Origin: a virus
Taxonomy: Duplodnaviria > Caudoviricetes
IMG/VR virus record: IMGVR_UViG_3300046812_000338
Span: 1-52,063 of that record
Reading direction: 5' to 3' (one strand)
Length of the DNA: 52,063 bases
Shown in pieces: positions 35,062-44,410 of the stretch. Within the stretch, counting starts at the first letter, position 1; each line of letters starts with the position of its first letter. The notes under the pieces were generated by a model, which searched no databases, had not been told where the DNA came from, and saw only the letters and a program-made list of their open reading frames with translations. A program made the position numbers and the translations under genes.

Positions 35062-35646
35062 ATGGACTTCGTCCCTGAGAGAGGCCCAGAGCGCTTCCGA
35101 TTCAAGGTGCCCGGCCAGGCCGCCGGGGCGGGATCGAAGAAGGCGTTCCCCGTCACCCGCGGCGACGGGTCCTTCGTCTACACGAAGGGCGGCGTCCTGC
35201 TGCTGAACTACACCCACGACTCGAAGAAGACGGCGCCGTGGATGAAGGCGGTGAAGCAGGTCGCCAAGACGGGCTGGGGCGATCGCGCCCCGCTCGACGG
35301 CCCCCTCTACGTCGACCTCTGGTTCTATGAGATGCGCCCCGCCGGCGACTACCTGAAGCGCAAGGCGGGCCGCGTCCTGCGCCCCGAGGCACCGGCCTAC
35401 CCCGACCAGACCCAGACGCACGACTACGACAAGATGCGGCGCGCGATCAGCGACTCGCTCACCCAGGCGGGCGTGATCGCCGACGACCGCCGGGTCGTGG
35501 GAGGCGAGGGCTGGAAGCTATTCGCCGACAACTTCAACCTGACCGAGCCGTTCACGGTCGTCATCGTCGGCTCGATGAACTTCACCACCGCCGAAGAGGC
35601 GGGCCTTGTCACCCCGGACCCGGCCGGGCAGGCCGCGCTGGTCTAG
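35062..35646 (+). CDS. rusA: RusA-like Holliday junction resolvase
   Basis: FKVPG...GSKK, PLDGPLYVDLWF, HDYDKMRRAISDSLTQAGVIADDRRVV. Confidence 0.8.
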   Translation: MDFVPERGPERFRFKVPGQAAGAGSKKAFPVTRGDGSFVYTKGGVLLLNYTHDSKKTAPWMKAVKQVAKTGWGDRAPLDGPLYVDLWFYEMRPAGDYLKRKAGRVLRPEAPAYPDQTQTHDYDKMRRAISDSLTQAGVIADDRRVVGGEGWKLFADNFNLTEPFTVVIVGSMNFTTAEEAGLVTPDPAGQAALV

Positions 35647-35953
35647 TCGGGCGCCGCTCCCGCCGGGGCATCAGCTGCTCGTTTCCTCCCAGCCGACCTT
35701 TCATTCGCCCCGACGACAGCGGCATCCAGAGCCGGGCGGACTAGCTGCTCTGCACCCGCGGCCCTTCGCCCCCTGCTGACCAACCGCCCCGGGAGCTAGA
35801 GCCGGCGCCCGCGCAATATGACAGCGGAATATGACGGCGGCCCCCTCTACGACGAAACGGCCCCCGTGGGAGCCGTCCGGTCGAGCGACAAAGATGCCGC
35901 CAGCGCCCCTTCCCAGAGGCGCGGCAAACCATATCGACCAGGAGGTCCCCCGC

Positions 35954-36337
35954 ATGGGAGCAGTCGCAGAGGCACCGCCCGCAGGCAAAGGCGCGGCAGG
36001 CAACGGCAACGGCGAACCGCTCGACGGCGAGCATGCCGACGAGCAGGGCACCGAGAAAAAGGCCGCGGAGAAGAAGGCCCCGGACCTGGTCCTGGAGGGC
36101 AAGGGCCAGCTGTCGCTGAAGATCGGCGGCAAAGCGCCGGACAAGGCCACGGCGAAGATGGTCGGCGGCAAGATCACGATCCCGGCCGGCGAGTACCAGC
36201 CCGGCGAGGTCATCGAGGTCGTCTCGCGGATTCAGGTCCGCAAGGTGTCGATCATCCACAAGGTCAACGACGGCGAGACGGTCGAGGTCGAGCGCGAGCA
36301 TCAGTTCAAGCTGCTCCAGATCGAGAAGGTCGACTGA
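35954..36337 (+). CDS. Hypothetical protein
   Basis: AGGAGG SD before ATG 35954 (MGAVAEAPP...). Confidence 0.65.
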   Translation: MGAVAEAPPAGKGAAGNGNGEPLDGEHADEQGTEKKAAEKKAPDLVLEGKGQLSLKIGGKAPDKATAKMVGGKITIPAGEYQPGEVIEVVSRIQVRKVSIIHKVNDGETVEVEREHQFKLLQIEKVD

Positions 36338-36374
36338 CCGCTCGATCTTTTCCCTGCAAAGTCCGAGACACACA

Positions 36375-36418
36375 AGAGGCCGGGTCCGTTGACGGGACCC
36401 GGCCTCTATGTGTAAGCT
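36375..36418 (+). promoter_or_regulatory. 13-bp inverted repeat with a -35 box in its loop (terminator and/or promoter)
   Basis: AGAGGCCGGGTCC-gTTGACG-GGACCCGGCCTCT; TTGACG-18-TAAGCT. Confidence 0.6.
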
Positions 36419-36569
36419 GCCGTCACGGTGATGATCGACTGTAGAAGCGTACCCCATTGAGCGGCGAAAACAACGCAATCGCTGCGGGCGTCCTTCTTCT
36501 TCTGCCGATCAGCCTCGACGTCCGACGTCGGGGAGCCTCGACGTTCGACGCCGCCGACGCCCGCTGACC

Positions 36570-37310
36570 ATGCCTGTCGCGGACCCCGTGTCGGTTGCTA
36601 GCCCGTCAGAGGGGCATCGGGTCGCTGCGCCCGGAAACGAGGCGCAAGCGGGGCAAGACGGCGTCGACGAAAAATCGAAGGGTCACCGCCAGGGGGTCAC
36701 TTTCGCCGATGTTGTGGCGGGACTGGAAGAGGCCAACCGCCCGGGCACCGAGACGATGGCGCAGTTTCACCGCGCCCCGGCTGCCACGCGGACAGCCTTC
36801 TGGGCCGAGGTCCGAAAACGCACCGAGGCCCAGCGGTTGGTGTCGAGAAGAAGGGAAGCCGAAGCCGTGGAAACGGGCTTCGACTTCACCGACTACTGCG
36901 CCTGCGTGCTGCTCGCCGAGGCGGGCAACCTCTGGCGCGAGGGCGCGCGGCGAATCTGGAACCAGCGCTGGCGCGATCGCGCCTACCGGGACCGGGCGAT
37001 CGAGGAACGCGGGCGCATCGTCGACGACGGCTTCGACGGCGAGAAGGGCCGGCTGCTGAACCTGGAGGCGATCGACTACGTCTTCCGCCTGACCGGCGTG
37101 GAGGCCAACCACGGCGGCTACCTGCTCTGCCCGCTGCCCACGCACGACGAGCGCACCCCGTCCTTTCAGTGCCGCGACACGCGCTGGCGCTGCTACGGGT
37201 GCGAAGCCTACGGCTCGATCTATGAGCTAGCCGGCATCCTCTGGGACCTGCCGCGCTCGGGCGCCGACTTCAGACGAATCCACGAACGCCTACTGGAGGT
37301 CTTCCCTTGA
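36570..37310 (+). CDS. Protein with C-terminal CHC2 (primase-type) zinc finger
   Basis: CPLPTHDERTPSF...WRCYGCEAYGSI. Confidence 0.8.
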   Translation: MPVADPVSVASPSEGHRVAAPGNEAQAGQDGVDEKSKGHRQGVTFADVVAGLEEANRPGTETMAQFHRAPAATRTAFWAEVRKRTEAQRLVSRRREAEAVETGFDFTDYCACVLLAEAGNLWREGARRIWNQRWRDRAYRDRAIEERGRIVDDGFDGEKGRLLNLEAIDYVFRLTGVEANHGGYLLCPLPTHDERTPSFQCRDTRWRCYGCEAYGSIYELAGILWDLPRSGADFRRIHERLLEVFP

Positions 37311-37906
37311 GCGCAGAGCCAGCCCGCCACCTTGCCGCCGCCCCCGAGGCGATGGCGCCCGAGATGATCGTCGTCGACCCCGATGGGATGCGCGTCGGCG
37401 TCCTGGGCGACTTCGTCCAGAAGCTCGAAGACGAGATAGCCGGCCTGCAACGCGACGTGCGTGGGTGGGCCGCCCGCCACGCCGAACTGAAGCGAGACAA
37501 GGATGCCGAGGCCGAGGAATCGCCCGTCTGGCCGGCGGCCCTGCGCGTCTTCAAATACTGGCGCACCCAGTGCAAGCACCCCCGGTCGGAGTTCACCCTC
37601 GATCGCTTTGAAATGATCCGCCCCCACCTGGAGAAGCTGGCCGCCCCGGGCAAGGACCGATCCACCGACCCGGCCGAGCGCCTGGCCCACGCCGAGGACG
37701 TCTGCAAACTGGCGGTCGACGGGATCGCCTTCGACCCCTACGTCTCGGTGCGCAAGAACGGCACGAAGAAGCGCAACGACGGCTGGCATCTGGTCTTCGG
37801 CACCCGCGACCAATTCGAGAACCGCTGCAACGCCGCGCCCCTGGAGCGCATCCGCGAGGTCATGGGGCCGGCGCCCTCGGTTGACCAAGCGCAAGCCGAC
37901 GGGTAG
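37307..37906 (+). CDS. Hypothetical protein, possibly replication-associated
   Basis: TTGA coupling to the CHC2 gene; coiled coil plus helical domain. Confidence 0.6.
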   Translation: MSAEPARHLAAAPEAMAPEMIVVDPDGMRVGVLGDFVQKLEDEIAGLQRDVRGWAARHAELKRDKDAEAEESPVWPAALRVFKYWRTQCKHPRSEFTLDRFEMIRPHLEKLAAPGKDRSTDPAERLAHAEDVCKLAVDGIAFDPYVSVRKNGTKKRNDGWHLVFGTRDQFENRCNAAPLERIREVMGPAPSVDQAQADG

Positions 37907-37909
37907 ACT
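37880..37909 (+). promoter_or_regulatory. Promoter with TTG-N8-CAAG operator
   Basis: gTTGACCAAGCGCAAG; TTGACC-17-TAGACT; GTG 7 nt downstream. Confidence 0.7.
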
Positions 37910-37916
37910 CCCCTGC

Positions 37917-38132
37917 GTGAGGGCCGAGACGCAACCCGGGTCGATCGTCGGGCGCTACGAGATAGCGTCGATCGTCGGGGTCACTCGCCAGGGCGTCGCC
38001 TCGGTGATCGACCACCCCGATTTCCCGCAGCCCATCTGCTCTATCGGCAAAAACGCCGCGCCCCTCTTCTACCGGCGCGACGTCGAACGCTTCGCCGAAG
38101 AACGCAGCGCCCCGGCTGCCGCAGCTGCCTAA
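37917..38132 (+). CDS. AlpA/excisionase-like HTH transcriptional regulator
   Basis: VGRYEIASIVGVTRQGV...DFPQP...PLFYRRDVERFA; leaderless GTG 37917 is a more likely start than TTG 37881. Confidence 0.75.
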   Translation: MRAETQPGSIVGRYEIASIVGVTRQGVASVIDHPDFPQPICSIGKNAAPLFYRRDVERFAEERSAPAAAAA

Positions 38133-38140
38133 TCCTCCCG

Positions 38141-38171
38141 CTTGACAAAGCGCAAGCGCGTCTGTTAGCGT
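38141..38171 (+). promoter_or_regulatory. Promoter with CTTG-N8-CAAG operator
   Basis: CTTGACAAAGCGCAAG 38141-38156; TTGACA-18-TAGCGT. Confidence 0.8.
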
Positions 38172-38178
38172 TCGCGCC

Positions 38179-38712
38179 ATGAACCGAAGTCAACCCCAGG
38201 AGGCCACGATGACCACTGCAACCCGCCCTGCGCCCGAGGGCTTCGACGAGAAGCTGACCAGCGGCGAGTATTTCCGCCTGCATGCCGCCTCTGCGGCCTC
38301 GATGTTCGGCTACCAGCCGCCTGCGATGGCGAGCAGCTACCCGCGGGCGCTGGCCCTGCTGGCGAAAGGCGCCGCGATCAGCGACCGGCAGGCCGAGCTA
38401 GTCAACGCCGTCGTCAAGTCCCTCTCTGCCTTCGGCCCCACGGCCGGCCAGGCGGTCGAGGCCATGTACCGCGCCGCCGAGCGCCGCCTCGCCGACCCCT
38501 ACGTCGACGTGATTCGCAAGGCCGGCCCCGAACCAGGGCGGCATTCCGACTGGACCCACGACTGGACGGTCAGCGACGCGGCCACCTTCGCGGTCACCCT
38601 GCACGAAGCGGCCCGCTGCTACGTGCCCAGCACCGGCATCGGGTGGGCGCTCGCCGCGGTCCTCGACGAGCATAGCCTCGGTGGCCGCACGATCCGCGGG
38701 GAGGTTGGCTGA
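38179..38712 (+). CDS. Hypothetical protein (leaderless ATG 38179 or SD-led ATG 38209)
   Basis: AGGAGG upstream of the second in-frame ATG; TGATG coupled to the next gene. Confidence 0.65.
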   Translation: MNRSQPQEATMTTATRPAPEGFDEKLTSGEYFRLHAASAASMFGYQPPAMASSYPRALALLAKGAAISDRQAELVNAVVKSLSAFGPTAGQAVEAMYRAAERRLADPYVDVIRKAGPEPGRHSDWTHDWTVSDAATFAVTLHEAARCYVPSTGIGWALAAVLDEHSLGGRTIRGEVG

Positions 38713-39647
38713 TGGCCCGCCCCCGCGGATACGCCGACTGGTCGCCGAAGCCCGACACGCTCGCGCTGATCGACCAGGTCCAGGTCATCCTGAACGAATA
38801 CCGCGCGAACCTGCCGATGACGGCGCGGCAAATCTTCTACCGGCTCGTCGGCGCCTACAACTACCCGAAGACCGAGCGCGACTACAAGAACCTCTGCGAG
38901 AAGCTGGTCCGCGCCAGGCGCGCCCAGATGATCGGCTTCGACGTGATCCGCGACGACGGCACCACGACCGCCGGCGGTGACTGGGGGTACGTCGACCCGG
39001 CGTCCTTCTGGGAGGACCTGAAGGATTCGGGCCGCGGTTACCACCGCTACACCCGCGAGGGCCAGGAGTATCGGATCGAGTTGTGGTGCGAGGCGGGCGG
39101 CATGGTGCCGCAGCTGGAGCGCGTCGCGCAGGACTTCGGCGTCCGCGTCTACTCGACCGGCGGGTTCTCGTCGGTCACGGTCACGCACGAAATCGCCCAG
39201 CGCGCCCTGCGGTTCTCGAAGCCGACCGTCTTCCTGCACGTCGGCGACTACGATCCCAGCGGCGAGTCGATCTTCGACGCCATGACGACCGACGCCCTGC
39301 ACTTCATCGCCGGGCACTCCGGGGGCGGCTTCATCTCCGACCACGAAGAGAAGTTCAACCCGATCCGCGTCGCGCTCACCCAGGACCAGGTCGCCGAGCA
39401 TGACCTGCCGACGGCGCCGCCGAAGTCGAGCGACAGCCGCTCGGTCAACTGGTCCGACGAAACCTGCCAGGCCGAGGCGATGCCGCCCGACCTGCTCGCC
39501 GAAACGGTGCGCGACGCGCTCGCCGAGTGGACCGACGAGGACACCCAGCGCGAGGTCGAAGCGAAGGCCGACCGCGAGCGCGACCTGATCGTCGAGCGCC
39601 TGGAGTCGATCGAGTTCGGCGAGGCCGACGACGAGGATGTCGACTGA
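38712..39647 (+). CDS. Topoisomerase VI-A/JetD-like winged-helix + TOPRIM protein
   Basis: MTARQIFYRLV, IELWCEA, LHVGDYDPSGESI, EAM motifs. Confidence 0.75.
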   Translation: MARPRGYADWSPKPDTLALIDQVQVILNEYRANLPMTARQIFYRLVGAYNYPKTERDYKNLCEKLVRARRAQMIGFDVIRDDGTTTAGGDWGYVDPASFWEDLKDSGRGYHRYTREGQEYRIELWCEAGGMVPQLERVAQDFGVRVYSTGGFSSVTVTHEIAQRALRFSKPTVFLHVGDYDPSGESIFDAMTTDALHFIAGHSGGGFISDHEEKFNPIRVALTQDQVAEHDLPTAPPKSSDSRSVNWSDETCQAEAMPPDLLAETVRDALAEWTDEDTQREVEAKADRERDLIVERLESIEFGEADDEDVD

Positions 39648-39686
39648 TGCCGGCGGCCACCAAATCGTCGGGGGGGGGGGGCCTCG

Positions 39687-39962
39687 ATGACTGAGCAGAC
39701 GGAGATTCGAGCGGTGACGCCGGCAGGCGCCCGCCTCACGGTCACCGATCCCCCCGTGCCCGAGTCTGAGGGCCTATGGGTGCCGCCGAACATGAGCGGC
39801 GCGGAGACGGAGATGGCGATCGTCGTCGAGCGCGGCGTCGACTGCACCATCAACGTCGAGGCCGGCGACCGCGTCTACTTCCACGCCGGGCACTTCGCGA
39901 AGATCAACGACGTGAAGATCGTCCCCGAGGACTGCATCCTCGCGTTCGAGAAGAGGGCCTGA
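39687..39962 (+). CDS. GroES-like co-chaperonin
   Basis: 91 aa; PAGARLTV...GLWVP...AIVVERG...VEAGDRVYF...IVPEDCILA. Confidence 0.7.
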   Translation: MTEQTEIRAVTPAGARLTVTDPPVPESEGLWVPPNMSGAETEMAIVVERGVDCTINVEAGDRVYFHAGHFAKINDVKIVPEDCILAFEKRA

Positions 39963-40023
39963 TGGCGGCGATCATCGACGTCGTCAGCGTGGGCCTGGTC
40001 GTCTTCTGGCTCTGGGCGCTCGG

Positions 40024-40278
40024 ATGACCACGCTGGTCTACCAGGGCGACTTCGGCGCGATCGGCCTGTTCGGCGCGGTCAGGGTCGTCACCGGCATCGG
40101 CTACCGAGGGCAGCTGGTCCGTGTGGTCGACGACTTCGGCACCGAGCGCTACGGGATCGTCGACGTCGTCGTCGTCAATCGCATCTACCCGCCGAACAAG
40201 TGGTGGCGCCGGCGCTCGCGCGGCTACCGCGAGCGCAGCGTCGTCGTCAGATTCGGGCGGCGGGGGTACCCGGGCTGA
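40024..40278 (+). CDS. Hypothetical protein
   Basis: Coupled ORF. Confidence 0.5.
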   Translation: MTTLVYQGDFGAIGLFGAVRVVTGIGYRGQLVRVVDDFGTERYGIVDVVVVNRIYPPNKWWRRRSRGYRERSVVVRFGRRGYPG

Positions 40279-40508
40279 TGGCCTGGCGGGTGAAGATGTC
40301 GACGGCCAACGGGCCGATCGCCGACGAGGACCACGGCGGCCTGCTCGACGAGTCCTTCGACGACCTGAGCGCACCGGCGGCGATGGCGAAAGTCACCGCG
40401 CGCCTGGCCGACACGGTCGCCGACCTCGCCGCCACGGCGCCGAAGATGGCCGAGGTCGGCTTCCGGGCGCCGCTGACGGTGACGATCACCGAGGTCGACC
40501 GTGGCTGA
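40278..40508 (+). CDS. Hypothetical protein (MAWRVKMST...)
   Basis: TGATG coupling. Confidence 0.55.
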   Translation: MAWRVKMSTANGPIADEDHGGLLDESFDDLSAPAAMAKVTARLADTVADLAATAPKMAEVGFRAPLTVTITEVDRG

Positions 40509-41373
40509 GAACTCGTCGATCGCCTGGACGGATCACACCTTCAACCCGTGGATGGGCTGCGCGAAGGTCAGCCAGGGATGCAAGCACTGCTACGCCGAGA
40601 CGCTGATTACGAACCGGATGGGGCGCGACCTCTTCGGCGCCACCGAGAAGCGCAGCCGGACCTCGAAGTCAATCTGGGAGAAGCCGGTGGCGTGGAACCG
40701 CGCCGCGGCGATCGACCGCCGGCCCCGCAAGGTCTTCGTCGCCTCCCTCGCCGATGTCTTCGAGGACGCGCCCGGGCCGAATGAGTGGCGCCCCGACGTC
40801 TGGGCGCTGATCCGCGCCTGCCCGTGGCTCGACTTCCAGCTGCTCACGAAGCGGCCCGAGAACATCAACCGCATGCTGCCCGACGGCTGGGGGCGTGGCT
40901 GGCCGAACGTCTGGCTGGGCACGTCGATCGAGGATCGCCACGTCGTGGAGCGGGCGAACATCCTCGCCGGCACCCCCGCCTTCAGCCGCTTCATCAGCTA
41001 CGAGCCGGCGATCGGGCCGGTCTTCTACGACTTCCCCGAGCCGGGCGGCAGGGCGTCCGGGATGCCGGGCAACTTCGACTGGACCGAGGACGGCTGCACC
41101 GATCCCGAGCTTGACCTGACCGGCATCGACTGGCTGATCGCCGGTGGCGAGTCCGGCTCCGACCGCCGGCCGATGAACCTGGGCTGGGCGCACGACGCCC
41201 GCTTCGCCTGCCAGGAGGCGGGCGTCGCCTTCTTCTTCAAGCAGATCAGCGCCTACAAACCGGGCCAGGGCGAGGACGCGCTCGGCCGCGTCTTCCATCA
41301 GTTCCCGATCAGTTGGGACCGCGCCAACGTCGACACCCACCCCGTCTTCGCGCCCGAGGGGTCGCTGCTATGA
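40501..41373 (+). CDS. DUF5131 (phage Gp37/Gp68) family protein
   Basis: SIAWTDHTFNPWMGCAKVSQGCKHCYAE, FQLLTKRP, NVWLGTS, WLIAGGESG, FFFKQ. Confidence 0.92.
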   Translation: MAENSSIAWTDHTFNPWMGCAKVSQGCKHCYAETLITNRMGRDLFGATEKRSRTSKSIWEKPVAWNRAAAIDRRPRKVFVASLADVFEDAPGPNEWRPDVWALIRACPWLDFQLLTKRPENINRMLPDGWGRGWPNVWLGTSIEDRHVVERANILAGTPAFSRFISYEPAIGPVFYDFPEPGGRASGMPGNFDWTEDGCTDPELDLTGIDWLIAGGESGSDRRPMNLGWAHDARFACQEAGVAFFFKQISAYKPGQGEDALGRVFHQFPISWDRANVDTHPVFAPEGSLL

Positions 41374-41675
41374 GCCGCCGCAGCTATGACGAAATCGAGG
41401 CGCTGGCGGCGCAGGCCGAGGCGACCGGCGGGTATGCCCGGATCGGCGCGGCTGACGGCGAATACTTCGAGGTCCTCGCTGGCGACGAGCGAACCCGCAT
41501 CGAGGGCGAGGACCGCATCGACTTCCTGATGCACATGCTGCGCCGGTCCCAGGATCGAGAGGCCGAATTGCGCGGTGTCGACGGCTACGACCATGCCGAG
41601 CGCGAGCAGGTCCGCCGTGACGCGCGCCGCGAGGTCCTGGAGGCGGCAAACGAGGCGATGGAGCGGTTTCGGTGA
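41370..41675 (+). CDS. Hypothetical protein
   Basis: ATGA coupling. Confidence 0.55.
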   Translation: MSRRSYDEIEALAAQAEATGGYARIGAADGEYFEVLAGDERTRIEGEDRIDFLMHMLRRSQDREAELRGVDGYDHAEREQVRRDARREVLEAANEAMERFR

Positions 41676-41980
41676 GCGGCGAGGCGTACAACGGCGCCCA
41701 CGTCATCATGCTCGACGAGTTGATCGGCGGCCATCAGAGCCTCCCCGACCTGGAACGGATGCGCGACGACCTGAACCAGGTCCCCGAATGCGGCCCGCTG
41801 GCGGCCGAGCTAACCGCGATCATCAGCTTCGCTCGCGTGGAGCGCGCCCGGATCGCCCAGCGCCAGAAGCGCGCCGACGACCTCTTCGCCTGCCTGCACG
41901 ACTTCGCGTGGTGGCAGAGCGCCGACGGCACCGAGGATCGCTTCCGTGAAACCCTGGCGCAGTGGAAGGCCGAGCGGTGA
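41672..41980 (+). CDS. Hypothetical protein
   Basis: GTGA coupling. Confidence 0.55.
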   Translation: MSGEAYNGAHVIMLDELIGGHQSLPDLERMRDDLNQVPECGPLAAELTAIISFARVERARIAQRQKRADDLFACLHDFAWWQSADGTEDRFRETLAQWKAER

Positions 41981-42336
41981 AGGCCGCCGAGGCGATCACC
42001 ATCGAATACGCCGCCCGCCTGGCGCGGCTGAACCACACCGAGATTGAGTGGGTGAAGGGCGACAACCGCCACGGCTTCGACGATCGAGGCTGGCGCACCT
42101 TCCGCTTCAAGGTCTGGAATAGGCGCCCGGATACGGGCAAGCGCTGGCGCCGCTTCTACCTGCACCCGTCGGGCTTCCTGGTCGAGGGTGGCCGCGGCGG
42201 CGCCCGCATCTTCGCGCCGCCGGCAGAGGCCCTGCTCGGCCGGGACCCGATGGCCTGGCAAATCTTCGGCTTCCCCTTCGCGCGCGTCCCTGACTGCCAG
42301 AACGCGGCGGCCATCGTCGAGGCTCTGGCCCGATGA
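41977..42336 (+). CDS. Hypothetical protein
   Basis: GTGA coupling. Confidence 0.55.
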   Translation: MKAAEAITIEYAARLARLNHTEIEWVKGDNRHGFDDRGWRTFRFKVWNRRPDTGKRWRRFYLHPSGFLVEGGRGGARIFAPPAEALLGRDPMAWQIFGFPFARVPDCQNAAAIVEALAR

Positions 42337-42620
42337 CGCACGTAACCGTCGATCGCTACCCCGACCGCCCGCTCGACGAGCGCGGCACCCGCCACGACAT
42401 CTGCCCCTACTGCGGCGGCGATCGCGACGAGCTTCTGATCGCGCCCGACCTCTTCTACTGCGAGCCGTGCAAGCGCTCGACCCTCGGCCCCAACTCGATC
42501 CCGCCCGAGCAGCCGCCCGAGCAGATGACGATGCTGGGCGCCCCGCCTGCGGCCGAAGACGACGGCCCGCCGATCGACGAGGGCATGGCGTGGATGGCCG
42601 ACGAGATGCCGGACGAATGA
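42333..42620 (+). CDS. Zinc-ribbon protein
   Basis: CPYC...CEPC. Confidence 0.6.
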   Translation: MTHVTVDRYPDRPLDERGTRHDICPYCGGDRDELLIAPDLFYCEPCKRSTLGPNSIPPEQPPEQMTMLGAPPAAEDDGPPIDEGMAWMADEMPDE

Positions 42621-42708
42621 ATCTTCGGGGCCGGCTGAGGTTAGGCGTCGGTAGTGTCACCGGTGATACTGGCGTCCTGCGGATCGAGGCAGGTCGCCGG
42701 CCCCGAAG

Positions 42709-42924
42709 ATGAAATGGAGTGGTGACAAGCGGGTCGGGCCGTTCTGGTTCGGTTGGGCGCTCTGGACGATCCCGCGCCCGCGGTGCGGCTTCCTCTGGGA
42801 ACTGGAGACGATGTCCTTCCACGTCAGCCTGGGTAACGGCTACTCCGACGACATCGTCTGCGTCGGCTTCACGGTGCCCGAGCGCCTGGTCCGGCGGATC
42901 AACTGGATCGCCGGCTACCGATGA
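42709..42924 (+). CDS. Hypothetical Trp-rich protein
   Basis: Coupled ORF. Confidence 0.5.
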   Translation: MKWSGDKRVGPFWFGWALWTIPRPRCGFLWELETMSFHVSLGNGYSDDIVCVGFTVPERLVRRINWIAGYR

Positions 42925-43463
42925 CGTCCTTCGACCTCGCCAAGCGCGAAGCCGAGCGCCTGACCCCGAAGGGCTGGCCGCGCCCCCGCCGGCGAGACAA
43001 GCACGGCAAGTCCTGGCCGGCGCCCTGGATCACGCGGGTCCCCGACTTCGCCTCGATGGATCGCGACCGCGGGCTGCGCTCGATCGAGCAGCGCCTCTGC
43101 CAGGTCTGCGGCGAGGGCCACGATCCGGGCGCGGACGTCGTGATCTTCCTCGACGGCACCCTGCGCGACTCGAAGACGTATGAGCCGATCGGCGTCGTCT
43201 CGATGTCTACGCACGACTGGCCCGAGGGCATCGAGACGGTCGTGCTGCGGGCGCTCGACCAGGCGATCATGCACGACCGTTGTGCCAAGCTCGCCGCCGG
43301 CGCCTGCCCGCAGCTGCGCAAGATGCGCGACGAGGACCGCCTCTTCGCCTTCGCTGGCCCCGTCGAGTCGATCACCCATCAGACGAAGGAAGGCGTCCCG
43401 ACGCGGGTGTACATGCCGGCGCGCTCGGCGAAAGCCTGGACGCTGCCCGAGCGGGCGCGCTAG
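42921..43463 (+). CDS. Cys/His zinc-binding hypothetical protein
   Basis: PAPWI...LCQVCG...HDRCA...CPQL. Confidence 0.6.
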   Translation: MTSFDLAKREAERLTPKGWPRPRRRDKHGKSWPAPWITRVPDFASMDRDRGLRSIEQRLCQVCGEGHDPGADVVIFLDGTLRDSKTYEPIGVVSMSTHDWPEGIETVVLRALDQAIMHDRCAKLAAGACPQLRKMRDEDRLFAFAGPVESITHQTKEGVPTRVYMPARSAKAWTLPERAR

Positions 43464-43472
43464 GATCGACCC

Positions 43473-44063
43473 GTGCCGGCCGGTCGCCCATCGAAAATCA
43501 CCATGACGGTCACCCTGCCGGCGATGGAAGGCATCGGCCCCGAACGGGAGATGCCGATCACCGACGCCATCTGCCTGCTGCTGGAGCAAGGCAGCTACCC
43601 GACCAACGCCGCAAAGGCATGCGGAATCAGCGAGGCCACCTTCGCCAACTGGCTCAATAGGGGGGCGGCCTGGGCTGACGCGGACCCCGCTGAGCACTCT
43701 GAGGCGGAGATGGAGGCCAACCGGGTCTTCGTCGAATTTCTAAGCGCCGCTACACGCGCGGAGGCCCGCGGCCTGGTCTGGCATGAGCAGAACGTCCGAC
43801 GCTCGGCAGCCCAGGCTCGCGACCGAGACGGCCGGCTGAGCCTGGAGTTCCTGGCCCGCCGCCAGCCCAACGTCTACTCGAAGCGCATCGAGGTCAAGAC
43901 CGACCCCGTCAACCGCCGCCCCGCCGGCATCGACGCCGACCTGGCCGCCAGGGTGGACGAGACGTTCCGCGTCGCCGGCCTGCCCGAGGACCTGGACCCC
44001 GACGACTTCCTGCCGAACATCGAAGCGGCCGAGGACGCGGTCGAGGCTGGGGCCGAGGCGTGA
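43473..44063 (+). CDS. Putative terminase small subunit (HTH)
   Basis: MPAGRPSK; AAKACGISEATFANWLNRG; FLARRQPNVYSK. Confidence 0.7.
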   Translation: MPAGRPSKITMTVTLPAMEGIGPEREMPITDAICLLLEQGSYPTNAAKACGISEATFANWLNRGAAWADADPAEHSEAEMEANRVFVEFLSAATRAEARGLVWHEQNVRRSAAQARDRDGRLSLEFLARRQPNVYSKRIEVKTDPVNRRPAGIDADLAARVDETFRVAGLPEDLDPDDFLPNIEAAEDAVEAGAEA

Positions 44064-44320
44064 GGCAGCGAATCCGAGAGGGCGCGCTGAGCGCAGAGCG
44101 AACGCCTGTCAACCCACCTGCGCCGACGACGCTGCGGCCCCTCACCCCGCGCCCCGGCACCGAGGTCAAGATCAACCCGATCGAGCCGCCACGGATGTCG
44201 AGACGCCAGCGCCTTCGGTGGTGGTGGGACCGGGTCCGTGCGTGGCGCGATCCCGAGGGCTACCTGCGCGAGCGCGGGATCACGGTCGTCACCCCGACGC
44301 CGCGCAACGTTCAGCGGTGA
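44060..44320 (+). CDS. Hypothetical protein
   Basis: GTGA coupling. Confidence 0.5.
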   Translation: MRQRIREGALSAERTPVNPPAPTTLRPLTPRPGTEVKINPIEPPRMSRRQRLRWWWDRVRAWRDPEGYLRERGITVVTPTPRNVQR

Positions 44321-44410
44321 AGCGCACCCGCCGCGAGTCCCGCCGGCGAGGCGTCAACGAGCGCCTGCACCGCGAGGAAGCGACCGACCCCACCGATAGC
44401 TTCCGTCCCC

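Noticed and set aside
37881-37916. TTG start of the HTH gene given by the ORF track
   Set aside because: This TTG is the -35 box of a promoter; GTG 37917 fits a leaderless start
40501-41373. DUF5131 as a novel system
   Set aside because: It is a widespread phage family, and I could not recognise a three-Cys-motif partner or methyltransferase next to it
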